Positions 9,472 through 19,332 are shown, numbered from the whole stretch's first letter. The stretch is 63,969 bases of DNA, filler included, from an uncultured bacterium (GCA_964449065.1; 3 parts of 3 records of this genome joined end to end with filler, not necessarily neighbours in it); one strand, 5' to 3'. The notes: generated by a model not told the origin, from the letters alone. A program made the numbers and translations.

Positions 9472-10653
9472 TCACTTTTTTTCTGCATAGAGCGGGTAGT
9501 CAAATACCGCCGTTTCGATTGCGGATTGCCCCATCAGTCGAACATCCGGGTCCAGCGCGGTGACTTGATACCACATCATGAGTTTTGCGGGCAGCGGCTC
9601 TAAACGGCTGCCGGTCAATATCCCCTCAACCGCTTCCCCAGCCAAATTCCATTCGCTGCCCGTGCCGGAATCAATCCACCGGTCATCTTGCGCGGTAAGT
9701 TGAATGGCTTGCCCTTCCAATTGAGAGCGGTAAACCGCACCGGCATTAACGGTAGGATCCAACAACACCTGCCACGAACCGAATTCCGGTGGAGCGGAAT
9801 AGGCCGCGGGTTCTCCGTCTTCCACATTCAACGCGAAGAGTTGATTCTCGATAGCAAACGTTAACATGAGAGTCGAGGGTGGAAAGCGGTCATCCTGCCC
9901 CGCTTTCCAAATGGGAAAGGCGAAATTTCCCCGGTCCAGAAACGCGGGGAAGGATTCAAACGGATCTTGATTGTAATTGCGCACAAAGCCGGTGCGGCGC
10001 GACAATACCAGGGTTTGAGGGTACAGTTCAACCCACTGTGACCAGGTGGTGGTGATGCTGGGCAGCAAAGTCAGTTGTTTGCCCGCCAATTCACCCACAA
10101 TCGCTTCGCCTTTTGCCTGCCACCAATAGCTGCCGGTTTGATAATCCAGCATCACAAAATCGCTTTCAAACAGTGCGTTGGTGTTGCCAAACTCCAGCAG
10201 CCGGCCTTCGAGTTCCCGGTGATATACCGCGGCGCAAAAGCAAAGCGGGCAGTAGGATACGGCCACCGGTTCACCGCCAAGCGTATCATTCACCATTTCG
10301 TGAAAATTCATAATGCGGATGGGAAACGCCCAGGCCTCCTCTCCGGAAGCGTAGCCAATCACAACATCATCCTCGTGCATCCACAACGCTTCGTCCACCG
10401 TTTCGTAATCCGGATTGTTCAATGGCGGTATCGCGTCGATAATATCATCAATAAATGACTGCGGCGCGTCGGGCAGCCGAATATACGGAGGAGAAGAACG
10501 AAAGGTATCAAAATAAATTTCTTGCAGCGGCACTGTATGTTTTGTGGTATCCAAGGGCGGAATACCGTCCGGCCTGGATTGCGCGGAAGCGCCTTGCGAA
10601 ATCAATACAAATACGACAATGAGAAGCACAATCCCAATGGATTGGCGGTACAC
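9472..10653 (-). CDS. Secreted DUF3179-family protein with CxxC
   Basis: Signal peptide, DAIPPL, HEMVND, SYCPLC, W-x-Q-x-x-G-x-A; C-terminus TAVFDYPLY; GGAGG RBS with GTG start. Confidence 0.8.
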   Translation of the reverse strand: MYRQSIGIVLLIVVFVLISQGASAQSRPDGIPPLDTTKHTVPLQEIYFDTFRSSPPYIRLPDAPQSFIDDIIDAIPPLNNPDYETVDEALWMHEDDVVIGYASGEEAWAFPIRIMNFHEMVNDTLGGEPVAVSYCPLCFCAAVYHRELEGRLLEFGNTNALFESDFVMLDYQTGSYWWQAKGEAIVGELAGKQLTLLPSITTTWSQWVELYPQTLVLSRRTGFVRNYNQDPFESFPAFLDRGNFAFPIWKAGQDDRFPPSTLMLTFAIENQLFALNVEDGEPAAYSAPPEFGSWQVLLDPTVNAGAVYRSQLEGQAIQLTAQDDRWIDSGTGSEWNLAGEAVEGILTGSRLEPLPAKLMMWYQVTALDPDVRLMGQSAIETAVFDYPLYAEKK

Positions 10654-10677
10654 GAAAATCCTCCTTCTTGTTTTGTT

Positions 10678-10717
10678 CCCCCTCTCAAAATGCCTTTCCA
10701 GACAAATTGAGAGGGGG
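10678..10717. other. Intercistronic stem-loop
   Basis: CCCCCTCTCAA...TTGAGAGGGGG 11-bp stem between the pilin and DUF3179 genes; no U-tract on the minus strand. Confidence 0.5.
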
Positions 10718-10725
10718 TAGGGTAA

Positions 10726-11370
10726 TTAAAACGTCGGGCTCCAGCGGATAATCTCACCACTGCTGTTTAACCCATTGCTGGGTTGGTACTGCACCGCGAC
10801 CATAAAAATCGCGGGGCTGTCAATGTTGCAAACGGCGCAAAACTCTTCCCCTTCCGTAATATCTTCCGGGTAATAGGCGAAGTAATTCAACATGCCGTCC
10901 GGTCCGGCGGAAGAGACCATCCACTTATGCCGGCCAAAATCATACAACCCGCCCGGGCCTGCAATATCGGCTCGGAAATACCCATACGCATGAGCGCCCG
11001 GTACCACCTGTTTGTAATCAACCGTTTTATCCAACTCACGTCCGCTGTGGTGGGGAAAGGGGTCACTGGGGATCCCCTGCAGATAATCGATGGGGGTTGT
11101 GAGTGGAAAAAAGTGGCGTTCAAAATTATACAATTGCTTGCCGGAACGGCGCACATACCCGGGCACGTATTGCTCCGGATGGTCTAACCGGTAGGTTTCT
11201 ATGGCGGTTTCCAGGGCTTTATGATCCGCCAAGACTTTTGAGATTCCCGCCTTGATTTGCGCGTTTAAATAATTGGGGACAGCAATGGCCGCCAATAGCG
11301 CTATCACGGCTACAACTATGAGCAGTTCAACCAATGTAAATCCGTGTTGTCTTGATGGCATTGAATTCAT
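10726..11370 (-). CDS. Prepilin-type (GspG-like) protein
   Basis: Start refined to MNSMPSRQHGFTLVELL; LTTPIDY, SAGPD, YQPSNGLNSSGEI. Confidence 0.88.
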   Translation of the reverse strand: MNSMPSRQHGFTLVELLIVVAVIALLAAIAVPNYLNAQIKAGISKVLADHKALETAIETYRLDHPEQYVPGYVRRSGKQLYNFERHFFPLTTPIDYLQGIPSDPFPHHSGRELDKTVDYKQVVPGAHAYGYFRADIAGPGGLYDFGRHKWMVSSAGPDGMLNYFAYYPEDITEGEEFCAVCNIDSPAIFMVAVQYQPSNGLNSSGEIIRWSPTF

Positions 11371-11401
11371 CCTTTTCTCTCCGGGGCAATTGGGAGTGGG
11401 T

Positions 11402-13180
11402 TTAGTCATACAACGAAAAATCAGATACGGAGGATGTGACTTGTCCCTCGCCGCGTTGGAGCGTATGAATTTGATCGGCATCCAATGTGCCGAAAGATTC
11501 CACCTCTCCACCCGGCCAAACCACTTGGACATCGGCGGCATCTTGTTGAGGCCCTAGACCAAAGTGGGAGGTTAGTGAAGATTGTGAGGCAAATCCGCTG
11601 GCGCCGATTCCAACCGGGCGAGTTTGATTGGTTTCTACGGTGGAAACGTCTATGGTCGCACCCACCCCAAACACGTTCATCCCGCTTTGCCGCAGCCGGA
11701 TTTGAATCCAATGATGGTCGGAATTGCGGTTGTTGTTGCGAAACAGACGAAAAGGCCCATCCCCTTCATTTTCGGAAATCGCAAAATCCAGGTCGCCGTC
11801 GTTGTCAAAATCCGACCATGCCAAGCCGATCAAATGAGTGATGTCTGCCACACCGGTTTCAAACAAGGCATCCACATCATCTTGATTAATATTGGTAAAT
11901 GTGCCATCCCCGTTGTTTACAAAAATCGGCTGGGGTTTTTCGTAAAATTCTCCCGCATCAAAATCCGCATGGGTGGGGTGCAGAATTACATTGAGGTCTA
12001 AAAAGCCGTCGTTGTTCATGTCAATCCACCCGGCGGCAAAATCAAACTTGCCAAGCCCAAGGCCTACATCTTGCGCGACATCCGTGAATGTGCCATCTCC
12101 ATTGTTGCGGTATAAACGGGATGGAGACAATGTGCCTAGGTTTTCCGAGCCGCGGTTTAACACGAACAAGTCTAAAAATCCGTCATTGTCAAAATCCCCC
12201 CAAAGCGCGGAATGGGTGGTAGCAAAATTGGGGTCTCCCACACCGGCTTCTTCGGTGACATCGGAAAACGTGCCGTCTCCATTATTGCGAAACAAGAAGT
12301 TGTTGGTTTCGACAATGGGTTCTTCTTCGCCTTCTTCTTCGCCTTCTTCTTCGCCTTCCGCGCCGTGTCCATGTTCGTCTTCATCTTCCACCACGGCAAC
12401 GCTGAAGTAAATGTCTAAGTGGTTATCGTTGTTGTAATCGCCCCATGAGGCATGATCGATGCCGACCAAGATTTCTTCGTCGTGCCCAGGTTCATCTTCC
12501 CCGGCTTCCGGTTCTTCACCCGGTGCGTGTTCCTCTTCTTCCACTTCCAACTCCAAGTGCAGACCGGCTTCTTCAGAAACCAAGGCAAAGGTGCCGTCTC
12601 CCTGATTTTGATACAGAAGAGCGCCGTCAAACCGGTTGCTGATCATCAGGTCTAGATCGCCGTCATTGTCATAATCCGCCCAGGATGCGCTAACAGAACC
12701 GCTGATGACACCATCTTCTAAACCAGAAATTCCGGCTTCTTCGGCCACATCGGTAAAGGTTAAATCGCCGTTATTGCGAAACAAACGATTGGGGGAAGGG
12801 ACATCATCTTCCTCCGCGCGCAGGTTGGTGACAAACAGATCTAAATCGCCGTCCCCGTCATAATCGCCTAGGGCGCCGCCAAATGCCACCATTTCTTCAT
12901 CCACAATTCCGGCCGATTCAGAAATGTCTAAAAATGTATTGTCACCTTGATTTACGAACAATTGGTTTTCCGGGTCTCTTGCCACAAATAAATCATCGAA
13001 GCCGTCTCCGTTGATATCTCCCCACGCAATACCAAATTGCAAATCGAAAAGGTCCCCTTGTACTCCCGCGTCGGGAGCGATGTCTTCAAACAGGGTATCT
13101 TGAGTAAAAGCCGGGATGGAAACGGCAAAAGCGGATAATGCGAACATAAGTTTCGTAAATCGTTTTGTAAGATTTTTCAT
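11402..13180 (-). CDS. Secreted CRTAC1-like FG-GAP repeat / ASPIC-UnbV protein with His/Glu-rich inserts
   Basis: Signal peptide from MKNLTKRF; repeated D-x-D/N-x-DG-x-x-D-L motifs; HFGLG...VVWPGG ASPIC domain; ends SSVSDFSLYD. Confidence 0.88.
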   Translation of the reverse strand: MKNLTKRFTKLMFALSAFAVSIPAFTQDTLFEDIAPDAGVQGDLFDLQFGIAWGDINGDGFDDLFVARDPENQLFVNQGDNTFLDISESAGIVDEEMVAFGGALGDYDGDGDLDLFVTNLRAEEDDVPSPNRLFRNNGDLTFTDVAEEAGISGLEDGVISGSVSASWADYDNDGDLDLMISNRFDGALLYQNQGDGTFALVSEEAGLHLELEVEEEEHAPGEEPEAGEDEPGHDEEILVGIDHASWGDYNNDNHLDIYFSVAVVEDEDEHGHGAEGEEEGEEEGEEEPIVETNNFLFRNNGDGTFSDVTEEAGVGDPNFATTHSALWGDFDNDGFLDLFVLNRGSENLGTLSPSRLYRNNGDGTFTDVAQDVGLGLGKFDFAAGWIDMNNDGFLDLNVILHPTHADFDAGEFYEKPQPIFVNNGDGTFTNINQDDVDALFETGVADITHLIGLAWSDFDNDGDLDFAISENEGDGPFRLFRNNNRNSDHHWIQIRLRQSGMNVFGVGATIDVSTVETNQTRPVGIGASGFASQSSLTSHFGLGPQQDAADVQVVWPGGEVESFGTLDADQIHTLQRGEGQVTSSVSDFSLYD

Positions 13181-13273
13181 GTTTTTTTTCTCCAGTTTAT
13201 ATAAATGATGCTGTCGCATACCAGCTGGTATGCACAATGAATCATGCTATGTCATCGATTGTTTTGGTATGAC

Positions 13274-13615
13274 TTAGCAAACGGGAGGGGCGCGGCTGGA
13301 GAATCCGCCCAAGCAATGCTGCAGGGTTAGGGTTTGATATGAAAAGGTGTATGAAGGTTCAATCACTGGAAGTGTGAATGTATTTGCGTTAACGGTGACC
13401 GTATTAGACGAGTGGATGAATTCGCAGAGCAGACATTCGGCATCGAGGTGGGCGTGTTCGCCGCAGCAGGCAGGCGCTTCAATCTGGACGCCATGATCAC
13501 CGCAAGCGGCATGCGGAGCGTGGACGTGCAGCATGGACGCCATCATGACGGCGGCATATACGAAAAGTACAGCGATACTTAAATTGTGTAATTTCTTTTT
13601 TGGATAGCTTAGCAT
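13274..13615 (-). CDS. DUF2946-like His/Cys-rich membrane-targeted protein with CxxC and C-terminal RAPP
   Basis: N-terminal hydrophobic helix, HVHAPHAACGDH, CLLC, ends SSRAPPVC. Confidence 0.72.
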   Translation of the reverse strand: MLSYPKKKLHNLSIAVLFVYAAVMMASMLHVHAPHAACGDHGVQIEAPACCGEHAHLDAECLLCEFIHSSNTVTVNANTFTLPVIEPSYTFSYQTLTLQHCLGGFSSRAPPVC

Positions 13616-13694
13616 ATTGTTTTCTTAGATAAATTACGTACCATAAAAATACTAGACAAAGTTTGTCTGTCAATTGGCGAAATAGTGAATTGGT

Positions 13695-14135
13695 TCAACA
13701 GCCGTCTTCATCGCATTGCGGGCATTGTTTGCACAGATGTTGATTGGCGATGTGTGAGGAGGCGACCAATACCCCTCCTATAACAGAAGGCAGCACCTGC
13801 CAGGGGAGACCGTCTTGCGTTGCGGCGTGCAAGCTGCAGCAAGCATCGATTCCGGTTGCGGCATGGACAACCCGGTTGGTCACGAGCATAAATACACCGA
13901 ACGAAAAGAGCAGAATGGCCGTGTAATTGCGGTGTATTCGGAACCCCGTGAGCGAACCGATTCCACCTACGATTGCAGCCAACGCAATCATAAACCATTC
14001 GAAACCGCTGGTAGCCAAAAACCCGACTCCAACTAGAGGCAGTATGCCAATAGCAAACGGCATGACGCAGCAATGTACGGCGCAGAGTGATGAGGCGAAG
14101 GCGCCTGTGCGGTCGAGCCAAATTTGACTATTCAT
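13695..14135 (-). CDS. MerC-domain membrane protein
   Basis: LDRTGAFASSLCAVHCC N-terminal motif, about 4 TM helices, His/Cys-rich C-terminus. Confidence 0.85.
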   Translation of the reverse strand: MNSQIWLDRTGAFASSLCAVHCCVMPFAIGILPLVGVGFLATSGFEWFMIALAAIVGGIGSLTGFRIHRNYTAILLFSFGVFMLVTNRVVHAATGIDACCSLHAATQDGLPWQVLPSVIGGVLVASSHIANQHLCKQCPQCDEDGC

Positions 14136-14187
14136 TTTTTAACCTCCATGCTGTAAATAATTGTTGCACTTAGCGTATCCGCAAGGG

Positions 14188-15408
14188 TTATGCCGTTGCG
14201 GGCTGAATATTCCACGGTGGAAATAAATCATCGAATGCTTTAAACGACTGAATACCCTGTTTCATTTCCTCTTCAGTAACTAAGCATGTATTTAATATTT
14301 GAGAAAGTTCATCCTGATTGATTTCTGTGCCAATAAATACGATTTCCTGCCGTCTATCACCGTAAGGTTCTTGCCAATTCTCCCAAATCCAACGCCGGGT
14401 TTCTTCATCGTCAGGCCACTCGCTTTTTGGTAGAGCGGCGTACCACATCCCAGCAGGCTCCAACACGAGTGAAACACCGGCTTGCGACCACATTCCCGCC
14501 ATGTCAAAACGCGAAGCCAGCCAAAAAAATCCTTTGGAACGCAAAATGCCCGTCATTCCTTCTTCGACTACCAAGTGATGAAAACGGGTGGGATGAAACG
14601 GACGTCTGGCACGGTACACAAAACTGGTGATCCCATATTCTTCCGTTTCGGGTGTATGTTCCCCATTTAGTTCTTTGATCCACCCCGGCATACGGCTGGC
14701 TTTGTCCAAATCAAAAAATCCGGTATGAAGAATTTTATGAAGCGGCACATTGCCGTACACCGTTTCAATCAATTGCGCGTCCGGATTCATTTTTCGGATC
14801 ATACCCATGACATGATTCTTCATTTCATCGCTGACCAAATCGGTCTTGTTCAACAGGATGACATCCGCGAACTCAATTTGATCCACCAACAAATCCACAA
14901 TCATGCGTTCATCTTCTTCGCTGCCAGCCATCTCGCGGTCATGCACATCATCCATGGAAGCGAAATCGTTGAGGAAATTTTTGCAATCCACAACCGTGAC
15001 CATTGTGTCTAGCATGGTGATGTCTTCCAAACTGTTGCCCTGTTCATCGCGAAAGTGGAACGTGGTTGCGACCGGCATCGGTTCAGAGATTCCGGTGCTT
15101 TCGATCAGCAAATAATCAAACCGGTTTTCTTCTGCCAAACGGCGTACTTCTTTGAGCAAATCATCGCGCAATGTGCAGCAGATACAGCCGTTGGACATTT
15201 CCACCAATTGCTCTTCCGTACGGTGCAGGTTCGCACCGCCATTGCGGATCAAGTCCGCGTCAATATTAATCTCGCTCATGTCGTTCACGATAACCGCAAC
15301 CCGCAACCCTTCACGGTTACGCAGCACATGATTCAGCAGCGTGGTTTTTCCTGATCCCAAAAAGCCCGAAAGGACTGTTACCGGTAATTTTTTAGATGCA
15401 GCTGTCAT
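14188..15408 (-). CDS. COG0523/CobW-family G3E GTPase metallochaperone (ZigA/YciC-like)
   Basis: [23 protein letters not shown], Cob[11 protein letters not shown] and [11 protein letters not shown]. Confidence 0.93.
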   Translation of the reverse strand: MTAASKKLPVTVLSGFLGSGKTTLLNHVLRNREGLRVAVIVNDMSEINIDADLIRNGGANLHRTEEQLVEMSNGCICCTLRDDLLKEVRRLAEENRFDYLLIESTGISEPMPVATTFHFRDEQGNSLEDITMLDTMVTVVDCKNFLNDFASMDDVHDREMAGSEEDERMIVDLLVDQIEFADVILLNKTDLVSDEMKNHVMGMIRKMNPDAQLIETVYGNVPLHKILHTGFFDLDKASRMPGWIKELNGEHTPETEEYGITSFVYRARRPFHPTRFHHLVVEEGMTGILRSKGFFWLASRFDMAGMWSQAGVSLVLEPAGMWYAALPKSEWPDDEETRRWIWENWQEPYGDRRQEIVFIGTEINQDELSQILNTCLVTEEEMKQGIQSFKAFDDLFPPWNIQPATA

Positions 15409-15428
15409 GGAATGAATCCTTATTGAAT

Positions 15429-15674
15429 TTAGTCTTTACATCCTTGCGTTCCGCAACATCCACCGGAACGATTACGCCATGAATCACCGGGGCGTTTCAG
15501 GAAGAAACTTCCCCCGCCAATCAACCGTTCCACGGGCGCATCGTGCGGCGTATTCCCTGTGGATTCAGATACCGTTTCGCATACTTCACCCCAAGTTTGA
15601 AGACGAATATTGATTCCATGAAACACTTGGATTTTTCGTCCATTTGTTGGACAAAAATATTCGTACGTTGGCAT
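15429..15674 (-). CDS. FmdB-like zinc-ribbon protein
   Basis: MPTYEYFC start, VERLI, Cys-rich GGCCGTQGC tail. Confidence 0.78.
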   Translation of the reverse strand: MPTYEYFCPTNGRKIQVFHGINIRLQTWGEVCETVSESTGNTPHDAPVERLIGGGSFFLKRPGDSWRNRSGGCCGTQGCKD

Positions 15675-15783
15675 CGATTTATTTTTTCCAATCTATACAG
15701 GTCACAAATACGGTCTTTGTACGTTCTGAGTTCGGATGCAGTACCATTGAATAAAACTTATGCGGCCCTCTTCCTTTTTATTT

Positions 15784-15811
15784 TGCTAATGATAACAAAT
15801 TATCATTAGCA
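15784..15811. promoter_or_regulatory. Fur/Zur-like palindromic operator
   Basis: Perfect 12-4-12 repeat TGCTAATGATAA-CAAA-TTATCATTAGCA in the divergent promoter upstream of the COG0523 operon. Confidence 0.62.
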
Positions 15812-15878
15812 GTCAAGTAAACTGAATCAAAAACTAACGCACTGTCCCCTACATGAAATGAAAATTGTTTCTACAATC

Positions 15879-15905
15879 GTAATACGATCATAATATTCGT
15901 ATTAT
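15879..15905 (+). promoter_or_regulatory. NikR-like 6-15-6 operator (copy 1)
   Basis: GTAATA-N15-TATTAT abutting the AGGAG RBS of the DUF4198 gene; 22/27 identical to the site at 36621-36647. Confidence 0.65.
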
Positions 15906-15917
15906 AGGAGATAAGAA

Positions 15918-16679
15918 ATGAAGCGTTTTAGATTGATTGTATTCGCGTGTTGGATTGGCAATTTGGCTGCGGCACATTTCCCGGTATTTCATCCGGCAGG
16001 GGCGATTGTAGAGACGGAGAAACCGGTTTCGTTTGCGTTTTGGGTAGGACATCCGTATGAAGGCGATTGTGACGACGCGGACAAGCCGCAAATGGTTTTC
16101 GCGGTCGATCCAAGAGGAAATGAAACAGACCTTAGCGGTGATTTGGTTGCGGGCGAAACCAACTGTTTGGGTGAGACCAAAACATCATGGAGCCTTGCGT
16201 TCACGCCGGATCAAAAAGGCAATTATATTGTCGCGTTGAATTCCGCTCCTTCAATCAGCCGCAATGGCGAAAATTTATACCAAGAATATTTAAAAACGGT
16301 ATTGCATGTGGAACGCGGCGGCAGTTGGGAACAGCGTTCAGGGCAGCCGCTGGAAATTGTGCCGATGACCCGGCCCTATGGGTTGCTGGAAGGATTCACG
16401 TTTACCGGGCGGTTGCTGAAAGGCGAGGAGCCTGTTGCGAATCAAACCGTCTATATCGAACATTTGGAAGTGCCTTCACCCAAGCCGGATGAGATTCCGC
16501 CGGAGCCGTTTGTGACGTATGAGGTCAACACGGATCATCAGGGCTATTTCTCAACCACGCTGCCCGAAAGCGGCTGGTGGATATTGGCCTCTTATGTGGA
16601 TGATATCGGCAAGATTGAACACGATGGCAAAACCTACAACCACAACGCCATGGCAGGAATTTGGGTGCATGTGGAATGA
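15918..16679 (+). CDS. Periplasmic DUF4198 (Ni/Co uptake-associated) protein
   Basis: Signal peptide followed by mature N-terminal His (AHF), GHPYE, LEIVPMTRPYGL, TDHQGYF. Confidence 0.82.
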   Translation: MKRFRLIVFACWIGNLAAAHFPVFHPAGAIVETEKPVSFAFWVGHPYEGDCDDADKPQMVFAVDPRGNETDLSGDLVAGETNCLGETKTSWSLAFTPDQKGNYIVALNSAPSISRNGENLYQEYLKTVLHVERGGSWEQRSGQPLEIVPMTRPYGLLEGFTFTGRLLKGEEPVANQTVYIEHLEVPSPKPDEIPPEPFVTYEVNTDHQGYFSTTLPESGWWILASYVDDIGKIEHDGKTYNHNAMAGIWVHVE

Positions 16680-16903
16680 ATATCAAATGGATAATTTTTA
16701 TGTTGTATATGTCTTGCTTAGATCAATCCAATGTGGATTGATTGATTTCAATCTTTTAAAACGCGGATCCGTTGAGACAAAAAGTGTGTATTTATATTGA
16801 ATTGCGCTTGCTGCATGATTAGCATCCTATGATTTTGGTAGTCTTTCAACAATGAAATGATGGTAGGTGGTCTACACCCATTGTTAAGGAGTCTGTTGTT
16901 GTT

Positions 16904-16978
16904 GCCCACCCCTTGATTAAGGGGGATCGAAGCACACTTTCAACAACGCAAAATCCCCCGGAGCCTACAGCCCCCCCA
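16904..16978. repeat. Repeat family A copy
   Basis: CCCCTTGATTAAGGGGGATCGAAGCAC...AATCCCCCGGAGCCTAC matches 26648-26730. Confidence 0.78.
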
Positions 16979-17056
16979 AAGAGCGGCTTTGAATTGACGA
17001 TTGTATACACAGAACGGTACACTGTTCTAAATCATGGCAAATCTGGAAATTCAAAA

Positions 17057-18769
17057 ATGAAATCAATACGGGTATGGTTGTGTTCTTTTGCCGTTGTGTG
17101 TGTCCTCTCGCTTTCGGTTGGATTTACGCAAAGTATCATCGGCGATCAATATTTTTATTACCAACAAGCCGGAAATCCATTTACCTATATTGAATCTCCG
17201 TTTAGCGGACGAATTTTATTACCATTGTTAACCTATAGCCTTCCCATTCCGCTCCGGTGGAGTTTTCTTGGCATAACCTTAGCCGCATTGGCCGCGTCCC
17301 TTGTATTGTTGTATGACATTTTACGAAACAGCCGCATCCCCGGTTTGACCGTTATTGTTACCCTGCTCCCTATGCTATTGGACCGGCGGTTCGCCGATAT
17401 GATTCACAATTATTTTTATACCGATGGAGTGAGTTGCTTTTTGATCGGTTTGGCTTGGTATGCCGCGGTTCATCAAAAATACCGTTTGTTTTCCACAGCG
17501 GTTTTTTTCGGGGTTTTGAATCATGAAATTGTATTGATGTACGTCCCGTTTTTTTATTTCGTTTTCTGCAAACAAATAAGTAAACAGTCCGTCTTCTCGT
17601 TTTTTTTGCTGATTACACCCGCCCTGGTTGCCTTGTATTTAAGTAGAACGATTGCGTTTTATGTGAGCGATTTGTTTTTCTTGAATTCCTTTTTAGACCA
17701 TGTCTACAGCATCAACGCTACCGGGTCCATTTATGACAATCTTTTTTGGGACCGCATAAATTGGTTGTTCGCAACAGGAAGCGAAGCTTGGATCCGGTTA
17801 CTAGGCATCGCTATGTTTGGATTTACGCTGTACGCGCCTGTTGTGTATTTTCGATGCTTTACCAAACCGTCCCATGAATGGGTCCGTCTTTTTTCCCTGC
17901 TTATTCCGGCGGCTTTTGTGGTTGCCGTTTCTCAAATGACAGACCGTCTGTTGTTTTTCAGTTTCCCGATATTTATTCTGATTTACGCGCGAATCCTCGC
18001 CGGCTTTCCGGCGGCGCATCAAGTGGGTATTGGTTGTGTTACTCTTCTAAACATCTTCCTTCCCGGTTCGGCAATACCGGCCGTTCTCCATTTCGGTTAT
18101 GTATCCGTGTTGTTGCTACGGCACAAAACCGCTGAACGCAAATTTCCGGAAAGCAACCCTTCGGCTGTTTCACTCAATATGCCACATTGCGTAAAGGCAG
18201 CGTGGAATCCTGTTGCGGTTGTTGCCGTTGCTATTCTGGTTGGTTTAACAATCGGCAAATACTATTGCGCTTCGAAATATCTAACGCGCTTTCAACAATG
18301 GATCCATTCCAACCCTGCGTTGCTGCGTTTTCAAACCAATCCGGTTCAACTGGCTTCGTATTCCATGCCCAATCTAAGTTCCATGCAGGTCGTTTCAACC
18401 GTGGATGCTGATGAACCCACTTATCTTTCCATCCCGATAGAAGAGATTTCGACCACACAAAGCGATTGCATCAGCATGGTGCTTTTGTTACATCCCATTC
18501 AACCATCCTGGGTACAAATTGAGATTCCGTCCAATCAAACCACTCATTCTCAACCCTACACATTGAAATTTCACCAAACCAACCCAGATAGGATTCGCAT
18601 ATCCAAATCCATTTATTTTGAAATCCCTACGACTCAAAGTTCATTCTTAATTAAACTATCGCCAGGATTGCTGTTGGTGGATATTTTGTTCTTCGACTCC
18701 AGCAGGCTTTACCGGTTTCAAAGGAAAGAGGTTTGGCGGCTTAACAGCAATGAAATAGAACAGTTTTAA
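17057..18769 (+). CDS. Multi-pass membrane protein (GT-C-like fold possible)
   Basis: About 11 hydrophobic segments, PFSGRILLP loop, soluble C-terminal domain; start moved out of the upstream repeat to MKSIRV. Confidence 0.6.
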   Translation: MKSIRVWLCSFAVVCVLSLSVGFTQSIIGDQYFYYQQAGNPFTYIESPFSGRILLPLLTYSLPIPLRWSFLGITLAALAASLVLLYDILRNSRIPGLTVIVTLLPMLLDRRFADMIHNYFYTDGVSCFLIGLAWYAAVHQKYRLFSTAVFFGVLNHEIVLMYVPFFYFVFCKQISKQSVFSFFLLITPALVALYLSRTIAFYVSDLFFLNSFLDHVYSINATGSIYDNLFWDRINWLFATGSEAWIRLLGIAMFGFTLYAPVVYFRCFTKPSHEWVRLFSLLIPAAFVVAVSQMTDRLLFFSFPIFILIYARILAGFPAAHQVGIGCVTLLNIFLPGSAIPAVLHFGYVSVLLLRHKTAERKFPESNPSAVSLNMPHCVKAAWNPVAVVAVAILVGLTIGKYYCASKYLTRFQQWIHSNPALLRFQTNPVQLASYSMPNLSSMQVVSTVDADEPTYLSIPIEEISTTQSDCISMVLLLHPIQPSWVQIEIPSNQTTHSQPYTLKFHQTNPDRIRISKSIYFEIPTTQSSFLIKLSPGLLLVDILFFDSSRLYRFQRKEVWRLNSNEIEQF

Positions 18770-18916
18770 TACCAGGCTGCTAAAAGAAAATGAGTGATTT
18801 CATCTTTTATTTTGTATGGGTTACCCTACATCAGGGCAGCCACGGGGGGCTTCTTCTACAATGGTCAAGCAATTTATAAATAACATTTTTCACTGCAACT
18901 TGGGATAATTCTCATG

Positions 18917-19191
18917 GGTGCATGCCACTTCTCTCGCCGGTTATGCGGTGTAACCACTTCCCGATTGGGTTCGCGAAGCAGTGGAGATCGAAGCATAACT
19001 CAACGGCGCAAATCCCCCGGAGTCTGCGGCTCCATCCCCTTAAGCAAGGCAGGTTTGGAACGGCGCTCTTGCTTGTGATGAGGCAGGTTCCCCTCTTGTT
19101 AAAGGGGGCTAGGGGGGCGGTATACTGTCAGTGCACTTCAATCCCATTGCTTCTCTGGAACAATCTCTTTTACTGAGAGATGACATGCACC
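18917..19191. mobile_element. Composite MITE-like element with GGTGCATGYCA ends
   Basis: Ends GGTGCATGCCA / TGACATGCACC; right ~100 bp nearly identical to 62850-62957; contains family A motifs; no clean TSD. Confidence 0.6.
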
Positions 19192-19194
19192 TTT

Positions 19195-19232
19195 TAGAGC
19201 AGTTCAGGTTTGTGTTGATAGAAAAAGATTGT
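19195..19232. repeat. Reverse copy of the family A terminus
   Basis: TAGAGCAGTTCAGGTTTGTGTTGATAGAAAAAGATTGT is close to the reverse complement of 29-67. Confidence 0.65.
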
Positions 19233-19332
19233 ATTTTTTTCCTTGAACATACCGGTCAGCAATGGTGGGTTGCTGACGCGGTCTTTCCATCGTTCGATTA
19301 AGCTTTCCCGGAAATTCTGGTTCCCATTGATC

